Program-made: the position numbers and the translations under genes | Shown here: positions 44,641 through 54,228 of the stretch, piece by piece | How the letters are laid out: the number at the start of each line of letters is the position of its first letter | Numbering within the stretch: position 1 is the first letter of the stretch | IMG/VR virus record: IMGVR_UViG_3300021197_001752 | Coordinates: 82,706 to 146,705 of that record | Origin: a virus | Reading direction: 5' to 3' (one strand) | Length of the DNA stretch: 64,000 bases | Notes under the pieces: generated by a model | What the model was told of the DNA's origin: nothing | Databases searched by the model: none | What the model saw: only the letters and a program-made list of their open reading frames with translations

Positions 44641-45515
44641 GGTCTCGGGGGCTCAATGGTTTTTATTTCTGTAGAGTCCAAGCTCATGTTCTTTCTTGCC
44701 CACAGGTCCATTTCCGAAGAGACTACTGTATCAATCACAAATGTACGTATTGAATTCAGGTTCGATCCTAGACCTACACTCTCCATAGCTGGGAAGCCTG
44801 CAAAGATCATTGACACCAATTCACCCTTTGCATTAAGGATAGGTGACCCACTAGACCCTGGCTTTGTGGGTAATGTGAAAAACATATAACTTTTGTATCC
44901 TACGCCAGCATAATAGCCATCGAACATAAGCAGCATCCCTGGTCCAAATATGCCCCTTGGTGCTGCTGGGTTGTATACCTTCTCGCCCATTCTTGGCATC
45001 TTCTTAGAGATTGGTATTACCCTAGGGCGATGGCGAGCCTTGTAACCAGTAACCTTCAGCACGCATACATCAGCGGTCATATCATATGCAACAATCTCTG
45101 CCCCCTTTAGAACACCCCGATAAGATAGTGTAACGTATGTACTAGCCACTGTAGTCAAGGAGAAGCCATCAATTTTCTTATCTTTTATTTTCTTCTGACA
45201 AGAGTGACCCGCTGTCAAAGCATACGCTATCGTAGGGTCTACATCACTATGACCTATGATAGCCCCTGAGGAAGTATATCTAACAGCACCGACTGTGCAT
45301 TTCTCACCTTTTTTGCCATCCTTGTCTGTTATCGTCTGACATGCTTGAATGGCATGGGTAGCCTCTACACGCACGAATGAAGCAAATGGCATTCTCTCGT
45401 TAGGCTGGGCAGTTTCTGTAAGGGATTGCTTGGTAGAATAGCATCCACCCATGCAACCCATTTGAAATAACACCAGCAGAGTGGCTAATCTTAGTATTGG
45501 TATTTTTACTCTCAT
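44637..45515 (-). CDS. Trypsin-like (S1) serine protease, exported/lipoprotein
   Basis: LTAGH, DVCVL, PGSSGSP triad; signal segment with Cys. Confidence 0.88.
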   Translation of the reverse strand: MRVKIPILRLATLLVLFQMGCMGGCYSTKQSLTETAQPNERMPFASFVRVEATHAIQACQTITDKDGKKGEKCTVGAVRYTSSGAIIGHSDVDPTIAYALTAGHSCQKKIKDKKIDGFSLTTVASTYVTLSYRGVLKGAEIVAYDMTADVCVLKVTGYKARHRPRVIPISKKMPRMGEKVYNPAAPRGIFGPGMLLMFDGYYAGVGYKSYMFFTLPTKPGSSGSPILNAKGELVSMIFAGFPAMESVGLGSNLNSIRTFVIDTVVSSEMDLWARKNMSLDSTEIKTIEPPRP

Positions 45516-45604
45516 GTAGTAAATATGAGGCATTTTGGTGTTTTGTTGACTAGTTACGAATGTTTATGACACTTCTGTGTTCAAAGGTGGGATTCTAACA
45601 AGTT

Positions 45605-45901
45605 ATGAAATTACTATCAATCATATCAATAATATCGTTTTTACTACTGGCTCCTTCGGCTTCTCTCGGGAATAACGTCAGTGTCGCTAACCAGAAGAGG
45701 GCTTCTTTGGTTATTGAACAGGCTTGGAAAGAGGCTACTGAGGGTCGTTGGAAATATACCAAAGACGATGTAAATATTACCAAGCAAGTTCTAGTTACTC
45801 TTGTAAAGGGTGTGAAGTTTATGGATATAGAAACTCACAAACCCCTACATAAGGAGATAACTAAACTTCCTTTCGTAACCTATGCTGGGGAAGCAAAGTA
45901 A
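45605..45901 (+). CDS. Secreted hypothetical protein
   Basis: Signal peptide. Confidence 0.65.
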   Translation: MKLLSIISIISFLLLAPSASLGNNVSVANQKRASLVIEQAWKEATEGRWKYTKDDVNITKQVLVTLVKGVKFMDIETHKPLHKEITKLPFVTYAGEAK

Positions 45902-45910
45902 CATGCAAGG

Positions 45911-46378
45911 ATGTCTAAAAGAACAAAAGTATTAGCTCTAACACTTTTTCTAATCTCTTTTGGGACTCTATTATCTTTTCTTATTTTTGCCGAACCTACT
46001 CCGCAAATTATAATTCCTAAACAAACAACATATTATTTAGAAGGTCAGCAACGTAATTGTTTGTGGGTTATCCAGACCCTAGACACCTTAGATACTGGTG
46101 ATAACGTCATGACCCGTATTGCCATTGGGATACCATCAGCTACTAAAGTCGGGGTCATCAAAGGCGTAATACAAGCCTCAAAAGGAAACCAATTACTTTT
46201 AGCATTCGCAATGCCAGGAATGGAGGCAAACCCTCCTATTATATTAAGTGCGGACATTCCCGATACCCTACCAGCAAAACAATTATCTTTTAGCTGGCTT
46301 GGTAGTGAGATGTTCAAAATGAAACTTTTTTATGACCAGAAGGCTTGCTTAGAGAGCGTAGCCGAATGGATAAAGTAA
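45911..46378 (+). CDS. Membrane-anchored hypothetical protein
   Basis: N-terminal TM. Confidence 0.65.
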   Translation: MSKRTKVLALTLFLISFGTLLSFLIFAEPTPQIIIPKQTTYYLEGQQRNCLWVIQTLDTLDTGDNVMTRIAIGIPSATKVGVIKGVIQASKGNQLLLAFAMPGMEANPPIILSADIPDTLPAKQLSFSWLGSEMFKMKLFYDQKACLESVAEWIK

Positions 46379-47619
46379 CTAAACTATTACTGATAGTTCT
46401 ACTAAGCTCCTGCCAGGCGTGCATTGAGGACGAGGAACTAGTACCACTTGAGTGTCGCCCTGGTGAACAAGTATTGTGTAACCATGAAGGGATAGATTAT
46501 CCTCAAGCTGACACAGACCCCGTACCCGATCGAGCAGGTCAGTGCTCCTACGGCTTGAGGACATGCGATTTTCGTGGCTGGTCTGAATGCGTTGGAGCTA
46601 TGGGACCCTCAGAAGAAGTTTGTGATGGGATAGACAATGATTGTGATTCCGTAATAGATGAGACTTATCCCGAGGAGAGTCAGTTATGCGGCTTTGTAGA
46701 GGGTGCAAACTATGGGGTAGGCATATGCAACATTGGGGTCATGACTTGCGATAATGGAACTGTTTATTGTAGTGGGCACGTTGGTCCTTCTGATGAAATC
46801 TGTGATGGTTTAGATAATAATTGCAACGGGACAACAGATGAGGGAATAGCAAATTCTACAGCCATCGTATGTTACGAAGGCCCAGAAGGTACAATGGCAG
46901 TAGGCGAGTGCCGTGCTGGTGTTCGATATTGTACGGATGGAAGCTTCAATGTTCCCTGTGATGGACAGATACTACCTAGTATTGAAATTTGTGATAACAG
47001 GGATAACGATTGCGATGGGGTAGTCGATGAGGGGTTCGATACTCGTGGTGTAGATTTGGTTTTTGTTATCGACGTATCTGGCTCATTTGACCAAGAGATA
47101 GAGTCAATGATACAGGGTATCGCTCCCCTTTTAGACGACCCAATAACGAGCACATTTCGATTTGGACTGGTTGCTGTAGGTACCGCAGGCAATGGCGAGA
47201 TAAGACCTGCTCATCAGTATGCAAGGATGGTTTCTGATTTTGTCGCTGCTGATGAATTCCTGGAGATCTTAGAAGCCGCCAGGATGATACAGAGTTCTGG
47301 GGTGGAGCCAACCATTGACACAATGTTCTGGTCGATGACTCTCTACCCTTTCAACTGGAGGGCTGAAGCACAAAAGGTAATTATAACGATGACTGATGAG
47401 GTAGCTCAATCTGTCTTAGGAAAAGACTGTGCAGAGATCTCTGCGATTGCCCAAGACGATCTTTTTGAGCTTTTTGTTTTTGCCCTACGACCACACCAAA
47501 ACACATTCCTAGCTTGTGTTCACGGAGAGCACCGAAGGCTATTCACTCCCGCTGTCAACTCTGAGACAGTGTTCTTGCAGATAAGGCAAATATTTGACGA
47601 TCTATGTATGGGCGATTAG
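46366..47619 (+). CDS. Lipoprotein with MopE-type Cys/Asp repeats and vWA domain
   Basis: Three E.CD..DN.C(D/N)...DE repeats; DLVFVIDVSGS MIDAS; TDE. Confidence 0.85.
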   Translation: MDKVTKLLLIVLLSSCQACIEDEELVPLECRPGEQVLCNHEGIDYPQADTDPVPDRAGQCSYGLRTCDFRGWSECVGAMGPSEEVCDGIDNDCDSVIDETYPEESQLCGFVEGANYGVGICNIGVMTCDNGTVYCSGHVGPSDEICDGLDNNCNGTTDEGIANSTAIVCYEGPEGTMAVGECRAGVRYCTDGSFNVPCDGQILPSIEICDNRDNDCDGVVDEGFDTRGVDLVFVIDVSGSFDQEIESMIQGIAPLLDDPITSTFRFGLVAVGTAGNGEIRPAHQYARMVSDFVAADEFLEILEAARMIQSSGVEPTIDTMFWSMTLYPFNWRAEAQKVIITMTDEVAQSVLGKDCAEISAIAQDDLFELFVFALRPHQNTFLACVHGEHRRLFTPAVNSETVFLQIRQIFDDLCMGD

Positions 47620-47873
47620 CCAGTAACACAAACCACACGATTCTCTAACAACAGATGGTATTGCCTGCCCTCATAGTGAATAATTTCTGGGTCGGTACTG
47701 TGCGCAACCACTACATCACCCACGTTCAACCCTAGACTACAATCAGTAGAGGTAGCGGTAATTTTATAAGCTATATGAGACTTCTCTTGGTATTCTTCTG
47801 GAATGATAAATGATCCCGTGTCTTGTTGCTCTTCGTAGGGTTCTACCATCAGTCTTCTGTTAACTGGCTTCAT
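47616..47873 (-). CDS. groES: Co-chaperonin GroES-like
   Basis: MKPVNRRLMVEP...GSFIIP...VGDVV...YHLLLE..V. Confidence 0.75.
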   Translation of the reverse strand: MKPVNRRLMVEPYEEQQDTGSFIIPEEYQEKSHIAYKITATSTDCSLGLNVGDVVVAHSTDPEIIHYEGRQYHLLLENRVVCVTG

Positions 47874-48103
47874 GATAATTCTCTCCATTGCTCGGTAAGC
47901 ATTATAAATTGTGTCTGTGTTACTGTGCTCCATTCACGCTCGTTGCAGTGCTTGCAGTAGCACTCTACAGCAACATTGCCCTCTGGGAGAGCACGAGTGC
48001 GCCCAGAGGGAAGCCAGCTATGCTTGATCTTGTTCTGCTTTGGTTGGCGTGCACAAAAACCTTCTTTCAGGCTTTCAGGCATAATAAAGTTTAGGGTAGC
48101 CAT
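47870..48103 (-). CDS. Small zinc-binding protein
   Basis: C..H...CKHC. Confidence 0.55.
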   Translation of the reverse strand: MATLNFIMPESLKEGFCARQPKQNKIKHSWLPSGRTRALPEGNVAVECYCKHCNEREWSTVTQTQFIMLTEQWRELS

Positions 48104-48152
48104 AACGGGCTCCTTTCTATATTTTATATATTACTTTACTCTGATTAGAATG

Positions 48153-50078
48153 TTAAGTAATTTCACACTGTCCGCCTGCACAAGCTGCCTCACCCTTGAG
48201 ATCTGTGTTGTCGTCAAACTCAACAATTTTAGTGAGGTCCAAAGAGGTTAGAGACTTGACCATTTCTTCATACTGTTCCTTAGTGCAATTCTCGAATGGT
48301 GCCTGGACATAAGAGCCACCGTCGTCAGGTAAAACGCTTAGGCCATTATAGCTAACATTGTTTTTCCACATCCATTCGCCGACCTCTTCCCATTCATCAT
48401 TCTTGATTGAGATAGTTGCCGAAACATTGTGAGTGTTCTGCCCTGTTCGGTGCCCAGGGCGAATCCATTCTTTTGTCACCTTCTTGACTCTTTTCAACAA
48501 ATCCAATGCTGACTCTGTTCTTAGGATTGATCCATCAGGGGCTTTTTGTGGGATACTGATAACGGCTGTATCGTGAGGTCTAAAGTAATCATCCTCCACA
48601 AGCTCAGGGTGATGAACTGATAGGTGCGTATAAATTGCTTCATTTTTACCCACACGAAGCCGCCGAATATAATAATCGTTGTGCCAGGCGTGGATGCCAC
48701 TGGAGGTTCCCAGGGTCAAACTCGTGGTGCCAGCAGGCTTTACACAGGTGGTGCGAGACGCCGAGCGAATACCAATAAGTTCGGCTACCCTAACGTTCTC
48801 TTTCTTTACATTCTGAGATGCTTCTTTTAGGGATATACCGTCTGCAAGCACACGACCTGAAGCGATGCCAGTCAGGGAAACACCAACAAGTGCGTCTCTT
48901 TCCGTGTTGCGTTGCCAGACTGGTCGTAGATAATGAAAGTCCGTATAGCCTGCTTGGAGCGTGCCGATGAAGGCTGCTGCCTGGACTCTTTCATTTAGAT
49001 CTTCTTGGCTTTTGATATTGCTAGCATTAACCTCTGTTAGATTACAGAACTGGTGTGGTCGAAGAGCAATTTCACAGCATGGGTTTGTACCCCAGTCTTT
49101 ATCGTTCGAGAGATAAAAACCAGGCTCTCCTGCGCCTGATGCCTTGATCCTTTCCCATAGATTCATAAAATACTCTTTATCAACCTTGTGCCGCAATAAA
49201 ACGACGGAGTTGTTCGCTCTACCTCGCTGTGGGTTAATCTCCCACCAGTTGCCTGACTTCGCTGCGATCATCTCGTCATCGTCGGCTGAGAACAGAGAAA
49301 TCAAGGCGGCTCGACGGATTCCGCCTGCCAATACAGCGTCAGCCACATGGCAAATGATATCATGTACCTCAATCGAGCTTAAATTATCGCCGTCGCTCTT
49401 CTCACTCAATAAGCCCTCAATCTTCACTAGGCACTCACGTAAAGGCTGCGGTCCTGGGGCTTTACCGCCAGATGTTACAAGGCGAGCACCCTTAGGGCGA
49501 ATATCACTAAAATCAAATCGTAATTTCGAGCCGCCATAGAAGTAGCTACGCATAAGATATTTAACGGCATCAGCCCATCCTTCAATACTATCATTGATCA
49601 AGTACCTCCGAGTTCTTTTTGGGTTAGGTTTACGAATTTCTGGTAGTTCCTCAATGTGGTGATTTTGGACTGAAAAGCCCACACCAGTGCCACCCAATAG
49701 GAGAAACATTGTCTCGCCAAAAGCACGCCAATCATTTATTGGTGTATAGGCACAGTTGAAGATCCTGTTGGGAGCGATCTCAATTGGTCTCCCCCCAAAC
49801 TGCATAGAGCGCATCGATGGAAGAACCTTCTTGTCATAAACAAGCTGATACTTCTCACGAATCTCACCCTCCAGTTTAGGATACTTCTTGATGTGCATAT
49901 TCATGTTCCGAGTAACTAACTCTGACCATGTTTCCCTACGTTGATCTTCAGGTAAAAACCTGGCGTACTTCATGTAAACTGTTATATCAGATAGGATCTT
50001 GTTTGATAATTCTGGCTCGGGCATCGATGTGTCACTCCTTGTTATAATATATTTATTGGGTTGCTTGCTTGTTAGCAA
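48153..50078 (-). CDS. nrdJ: Class II (B12-dependent) ribonucleotide reductase
   Basis: TNPCCEI, FCNL, KPAGT, C-terminal CAGGQC. Confidence 0.93.
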   Translation of the reverse strand: MLTSKQPNKYIITRSDTSMPEPELSNKILSDITVYMKYARFLPEDQRRETWSELVTRNMNMHIKKYPKLEGEIREKYQLVYDKKVLPSMRSMQFGGRPIEIAPNRIFNCAYTPINDWRAFGETMFLLLGGTGVGFSVQNHHIEELPEIRKPNPKRTRRYLINDSIEGWADAVKYLMRSYFYGGSKLRFDFSDIRPKGARLVTSGGKAPGPQPLRECLVKIEGLLSEKSDGDNLSSIEVHDIICHVADAVLAGGIRRAALISLFSADDDEMIAAKSGNWWEINPQRGRANNSVVLLRHKVDKEYFMNLWERIKASGAGEPGFYLSNDKDWGTNPCCEIALRPHQFCNLTEVNASNIKSQEDLNERVQAAAFIGTLQAGYTDFHYLRPVWQRNTERDALVGVSLTGIASGRVLADGISLKEASQNVKKENVRVAELIGIRSASRTTCVKPAGTTSLTLGTSSGIHAWHNDYYIRRLRVGKNEAIYTHLSVHHPELVEDDYFRPHDTAVISIPQKAPDGSILRTESALDLLKRVKKVTKEWIRPGHRTGQNTHNVSATISIKNDEWEEVGEWMWKNNVSYNGLSVLPDDGGSYVQAPFENCTKEQYEEMVKSLTSLDLTKIVEFDDNTDLKGEAACAGGQCEIT

Positions 50079-51552
50079 GTTTTCTAAATTCTTCTTTACT
50101 CAGACTAGAATGCTTGCCAGTGTTGCTTTGGGCCTTCTGGCTTTCATTTGCATCACTCAGCTTCCTCTTCTTAGTTTTATACTTTTGATACTTATCTTGA
50201 AGATGTTGCTTTTGTTCCGCCTGGGTCCTTGAGACTACCGAGTTGAGATCCGAACCTTCTTGAGCTTTCAGAACCCTAAGCTTGACTCTGCTAGTATCAA
50301 TTTCCATAGGGAACACGATGCCGTCAGGACCATTCCTGTTTTTCGCAATGAACATTCGTCCACCGTTTTCAACCTTATCTTCTGCTGTTCTGGAGATGGT
50401 GCAAATGAAATCAGCGACAAAGCATTTATTGAAAGCCTCACTAATTGATTCCATTGTAATAACCTCCGCATTCAACCCACTTCGATTGGTCTGGCTGGCT
50501 GTCCAGACTGGTAGGTCAAACTTTTGAGCGATGCCTCTCAGTTCTTCATAAATACCTTCGATATTATGGCGGTGCTCGCTCCTGTAATTAGTAGTCACAG
50601 GGCGCAATAGATCAGCATAATCGACAATAACCAGTTCAGGTTCAATGCCTCTTTGTCGGAGCCTTTCTAGGGACGACTCCAAAGTCTTTGTAGTTGCAGA
50701 CTTTGTAGGATATTCTTTAATAACTAGCTGCCCATCTAGAGTAGTAATTTTTTCTTTAATCTTATCTTTGTGGTCATGAAGGTTCGACAGTGGAATCGTA
50801 GTAAGACAAGAGTCATAGCGCATACCGACTACACCTTCAGCCAATTCTAGCGTATAGTGCATAACAGTTTTGCCCATAGCAACTGCCATAGCTCCAAGGT
50901 GAACCAAAGCCATTGATTTGCCAGCGCCTGTTGGGGCAATAACCACACCAAGCTCACGCTTACCAAGACCACCTCTGGTGATATTATCAACCTCTTCCCA
51001 GGCGGTAATAACAGGATCTCTGGCTTTCATGATATATCTTTGTTCAAAATCCTGAACGAAGTCGTGACCATGGCTGTCATCTAGACCGAGCTTGAGTGCC
51101 GTATCAATAACCTTATGAATCTCGTTGAAAGAAGATGTTTGCAACAAGCCGACCGATTTAAGAATGGCTTCTTTGAGCTTTTGCTTCTTGCAGAAGTCAA
51201 GTGACTTCTCTTTTACAAAGTCAGAATCTTCATCACTTATTTGATCAGTTTTGAGCTTAGATAGGTATTCAATCACCTGCTTGCGTACCACATCAGGATA
51301 ATCGTCCATCTCAGTTCTAATCACCGAAACCATAGTTTCAAATGTAGGATGAACCCCATACTTCTCTTTGTACTGAAAGACTAGCTCTACGAATGCTTGC
51401 AAGTAGCGAAGCTCTAAAAACTTGATATCTAGTACTTCGGTCATTTGATTGGCAAAGGAGCGATCAAGCAAGACCAGCTTACCTAACTTTTCTTGGAAAC
51501 TTTTCCCAAACTTAGAAAAACTATCTTCTTCTGTTAACCTTTGGTCGGTCAT
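50053..51552 (-). CDS. Replicative DnaB/gp41-like helicase
   Basis: APTGAGKS, TLE, IVDYADLL, TASQTNR, KNRNG. Confidence 0.93.
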   Translation of the reverse strand: MTDQRLTEEDSFSKFGKSFQEKLGKLVLLDRSFANQMTEVLDIKFLELRYLQAFVELVFQYKEKYGVHPTFETMVSVIRTEMDDYPDVVRKQVIEYLSKLKTDQISDEDSDFVKEKSLDFCKKQKLKEAILKSVGLLQTSSFNEIHKVIDTALKLGLDDSHGHDFVQDFEQRYIMKARDPVITAWEEVDNITRGGLGKRELGVVIAPTGAGKSMALVHLGAMAVAMGKTVMHYTLELAEGVVGMRYDSCLTTIPLSNLHDHKDKIKEKITTLDGQLVIKEYPTKSATTKTLESSLERLRQRGIEPELVIVDYADLLRPVTTNYRSEHRHNIEGIYEELRGIAQKFDLPVWTASQTNRSGLNAEVITMESISEAFNKCFVADFICTISRTAEDKVENGGRMFIAKNRNGPDGIVFPMEIDTSRVKLRVLKAQEGSDLNSVVSRTQAEQKQHLQDKYQKYKTKKRKLSDANESQKAQSNTGKHSSLSKEEFRKLANKQATQ

Positions 51553-51590
51553 GCTATTCTCCTGGGTATACTACAATACCCCAAATGCTA

Positions 51591-52577
51591 CTATTTGTTT
51601 ACTACAATTTGCATACAAGCTTGAAATAAGTTATCTACGCTAATACCGCTGATCCCATGTTTCAACAAAGACATTCTAAAATCATTCTTTTGTAGTTCTG
51701 GTGTAAAATCGCTGACTGCTTCTGATAATCTTTGTTGACCCTGAAGGGAAATCATCGGCTCATACAACTGTACAATATCATAATTGTCTTTTAGTGTTCC
51801 TGAACATTCCAAGATAGTGCCATAAACCTGTGGCTGTTTCGTGGACTCTCTTGCCTTCTCTTCACAGAAGTCAAACACCTGTTGTAAAATATAATCTTTA
51901 TCCTCACACAGGAACGGGAACCTCTTTGCCACGGTGGCCATACCGACTCGTGGAGCACCCATGATGTTGTCTGACTTGTCCCCAGCGATTGCTTTAGCGA
52001 TAGCAAAATTCCTAGGGTGGATCTTAAACTCCTCCACAATGGAGTTTTTATTGTGAACCTTTTTAGCTGTAGGGCTGTATAAGATAGTCTTATCATCGCA
52101 TAGCTGAAGGAAATCTTTATCGTTTGAGTAGATAATTTTCTGATATTCTGCGTAGTGATTAGACTTTGTAGCCCAAGCTATAACGTCATCCGCTTCGATA
52201 TCGTCTAGCGACAACTGTAATACTGGCAGCTTCTCAAGATATTCAATCAGCATGAGAAGTTGTTGTAACTTATTTTCTGCCTCTTCCTCGGCAGTGAATT
52301 TATATTCTCGATTGAGACGTGGTGGCTTACGTCCCGCCTTATAATCTTTATTTATTTCTTTACGCTTACGAGAGCCGTTAGCGCCTTCCCACGCTATGAT
52401 TACAGCGTCAGGTTTGGTTTCAGACATAGCTTTCTTGAGTGAATTGATGAACCCCACCATTCCACCAATATGGGAACCGTTAGCATCTAAGCTAGGATTC
52501 ACCACATAAGATCTAATAAAGTTGTTCATGCCATCGATTAGTAATAATCTTTTATGCGTCACGTCGATCATCTTCAT
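51591..52577 (-). CDS. 5'-3' exonuclease / flap endonuclease (T4 RNase H-like)
   Basis: LIDG, YKAGR, EADD, DKDFLQL, GDKSDNI. Confidence 0.93.
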   Translation of the reverse strand: MKMIDVTHKRLLLIDGMNNFIRSYVVNPSLDANGSHIGGMVGFINSLKKAMSETKPDAVIIAWEGANGSRKRKEINKDYKAGRKPPRLNREYKFTAEEEAENKLQQLLMLIEYLEKLPVLQLSLDDIEADDVIAWATKSNHYAEYQKIIYSNDKDFLQLCDDKTILYSPTAKKVHNKNSIVEEFKIHPRNFAIAKAIAGDKSDNIMGAPRVGMATVAKRFPFLCEDKDYILQQVFDFCEEKARESTKQPQVYGTILECSGTLKDNYDIVQLYEPMISLQGQQRLSEAVSDFTPELQKNDFRMSLLKHGISGISVDNLFQACMQIVVNK

Positions 52578-52709
52578 ACTCCAAATTTGCTACTATGTTC
52601 CAAGCTCGGTCTCTCATGTTTTTCAATGTAAATGCGCAAATCTGCCCATCGTCTTCAATTGGTACCGCAATCTTGATATGCCTTGGCATCTCCAGCATAA
52701 TAAAACCCT

Positions 52710-53120
52710 TCATTCTTCACCTCCAAAATATATTACTCCATGATCGTGCTCTGTTGTAAACACTGCCTTGCGAAAGCCGTGCGCTTCTAAAGCTCTTTGG
52801 CACATACTGCACGGTAGCGACATGCCAATCTGATCACTTCTGCCTTTCCTGGCGACATAGATAGTAGCACCTTTAAGCTGCTCTTTATTCTTCACTCTGG
52901 AGATAGCGTCCATCTCGGCATGTATAGACTTGCAGACCATCTCGCCGTCTTCGTCTTCCACCACAGCATTAGGATGCGTCTTGATCCTGTTTACCCCAGA
53001 AGATAAAACTCTTCCCCCTCTGACAATAACGGCAGCATGTCTGTGCTGGACGCTATAATCAGAGTTGGAAGAGTCTATCTTTCTGATAGCTGCGCTAAGA
53101 AACTTATTTCGGCGACACAC
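52710..53120 (-). CDS. Cytidine/dCMP deaminase-family protein
   Basis: HAE...PCSMC. Confidence 0.85.
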   Translation of the reverse strand: MCRRNKFLSAAIRKIDSSNSDYSVQHRHAAVIVRGGRVLSSGVNRIKTHPNAVVEDEDGEMVCKSIHAEMDAISRVKNKEQLKGATIYVARKGRSDQIGMSLPCSMCQRALEAHGFRKAVFTTEHDHGVIYFGGEE

Positions 53121-54204
53121 TGGTGTCTACACTTTGATCATATCCAATAATAAGTTCATTGTGTAGAACGTCAAGGATTCTACTGCGAAATCTTTCATCT
53201 TTTATTAGGCGTGGATAGTCAGTTTTCTGAAACTTCTTCTCCTCACCGTCAGTATACTTTAGTGTATACCATGCGCCCGCTCGGGTACAGCCATCTGTAC
53301 CAGCAACAACCTTGAGCCAAGAACCCTCGTCATCAACACCAACTTTATTATTTGCCAGGTCGAATAACACATCAAACTCGCAGGTCCTGTTAGGTGGTCC
53401 AAACCGATTCTTTACAATCTGGGCTGAGGTTCTGTAGCCGATAAGTGCTCCTTGGTCATTGGTGATAATCCCGTTAGCTTTACCTGTGTGCCTAGTAAGC
53501 CATACACGGGCAGAGGCCTGGTAGGGTAGTCCCTTACCGCCTGGTTCAACTCTCGTATCTCCAAACATTTGTCCAATGTTTGTCTTGAGTTGATTAGTCA
53601 AAACAAGAGCGATCTTCTGTTGACCAATCATCTCGGTAATCTTGCGTAGACCACGAGCGATAACTCGTGCTGATACACCGATTTGAGAGTTGGGGTCATA
53701 GCTGCCCTCGACCTCTGCCCGTGCTGGGGTTGCCGCCACGCTATCCCATACAATACAAACCAAACGATCTGGAGCCTTCTGTCTTACATTAGCAATAACA
53801 TTTTCAATTGCCTGGAAGGTGTCCTCTAGGGTTTGTGTTTGCAGGTATAGGAAATCCTCGTCAGTACTAAGACCTAGGTTCACCATCCACCCAGGATCAC
53901 TAGCGTTCTCGGTATCAATATAGATAGCGATTCCACCCTTCTTCTGGGTGTTTGCTAAGATATGTGTCGCAATTAAGCTTTTACCGCTCTGCGATTCGCC
54001 TGCAATAGTAGTGATCTTTCCTACTGGTACCCCACCGTCTGCTCGGTTAGAGATAATTAAATCGAGGACTGTAGACCCTGTAGAGATCCAAGTCTTGACT
54101 TCTGTGGGATTTTCACCGTGTAAGTCATAAGCGATTGTATGCTTTGCTTGTTTATTGAGGGAGTTCCTCAAATCATTTACAAGTACATTAGTTTTTGCCA
54201 TCAT
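53104..54204 (-). CDS. recA: RecA/UvsX-like recombinase
   Basis: ISTGS, GESQSGKS, IDTE, DSVAA, TNQ, PGG, KNRFGPP. Confidence 0.93.
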   Translation of the reverse strand: MMAKTNVLVNDLRNSLNKQAKHTIAYDLHGENPTEVKTWISTGSTVLDLIISNRADGGVPVGKITTIAGESQSGKSLIATHILANTQKKGGIAIYIDTENASDPGWMVNLGLSTDEDFLYLQTQTLEDTFQAIENVIANVRQKAPDRLVCIVWDSVAATPARAEVEGSYDPNSQIGVSARVIARGLRKITEMIGQQKIALVLTNQLKTNIGQMFGDTRVEPGGKGLPYQASARVWLTRHTGKANGIITNDQGALIGYRTSAQIVKNRFGPPNRTCEFDVLFDLANNKVGVDDEGSWLKVVAGTDGCTRAGAWYTLKYTDGEEKKFQKTDYPRLIKDERFRSRILDVLHNELIIGYDQSVDTSVSPK

Positions 54205-54228
54205 ACCTCCTAGTACTGATATTATACA

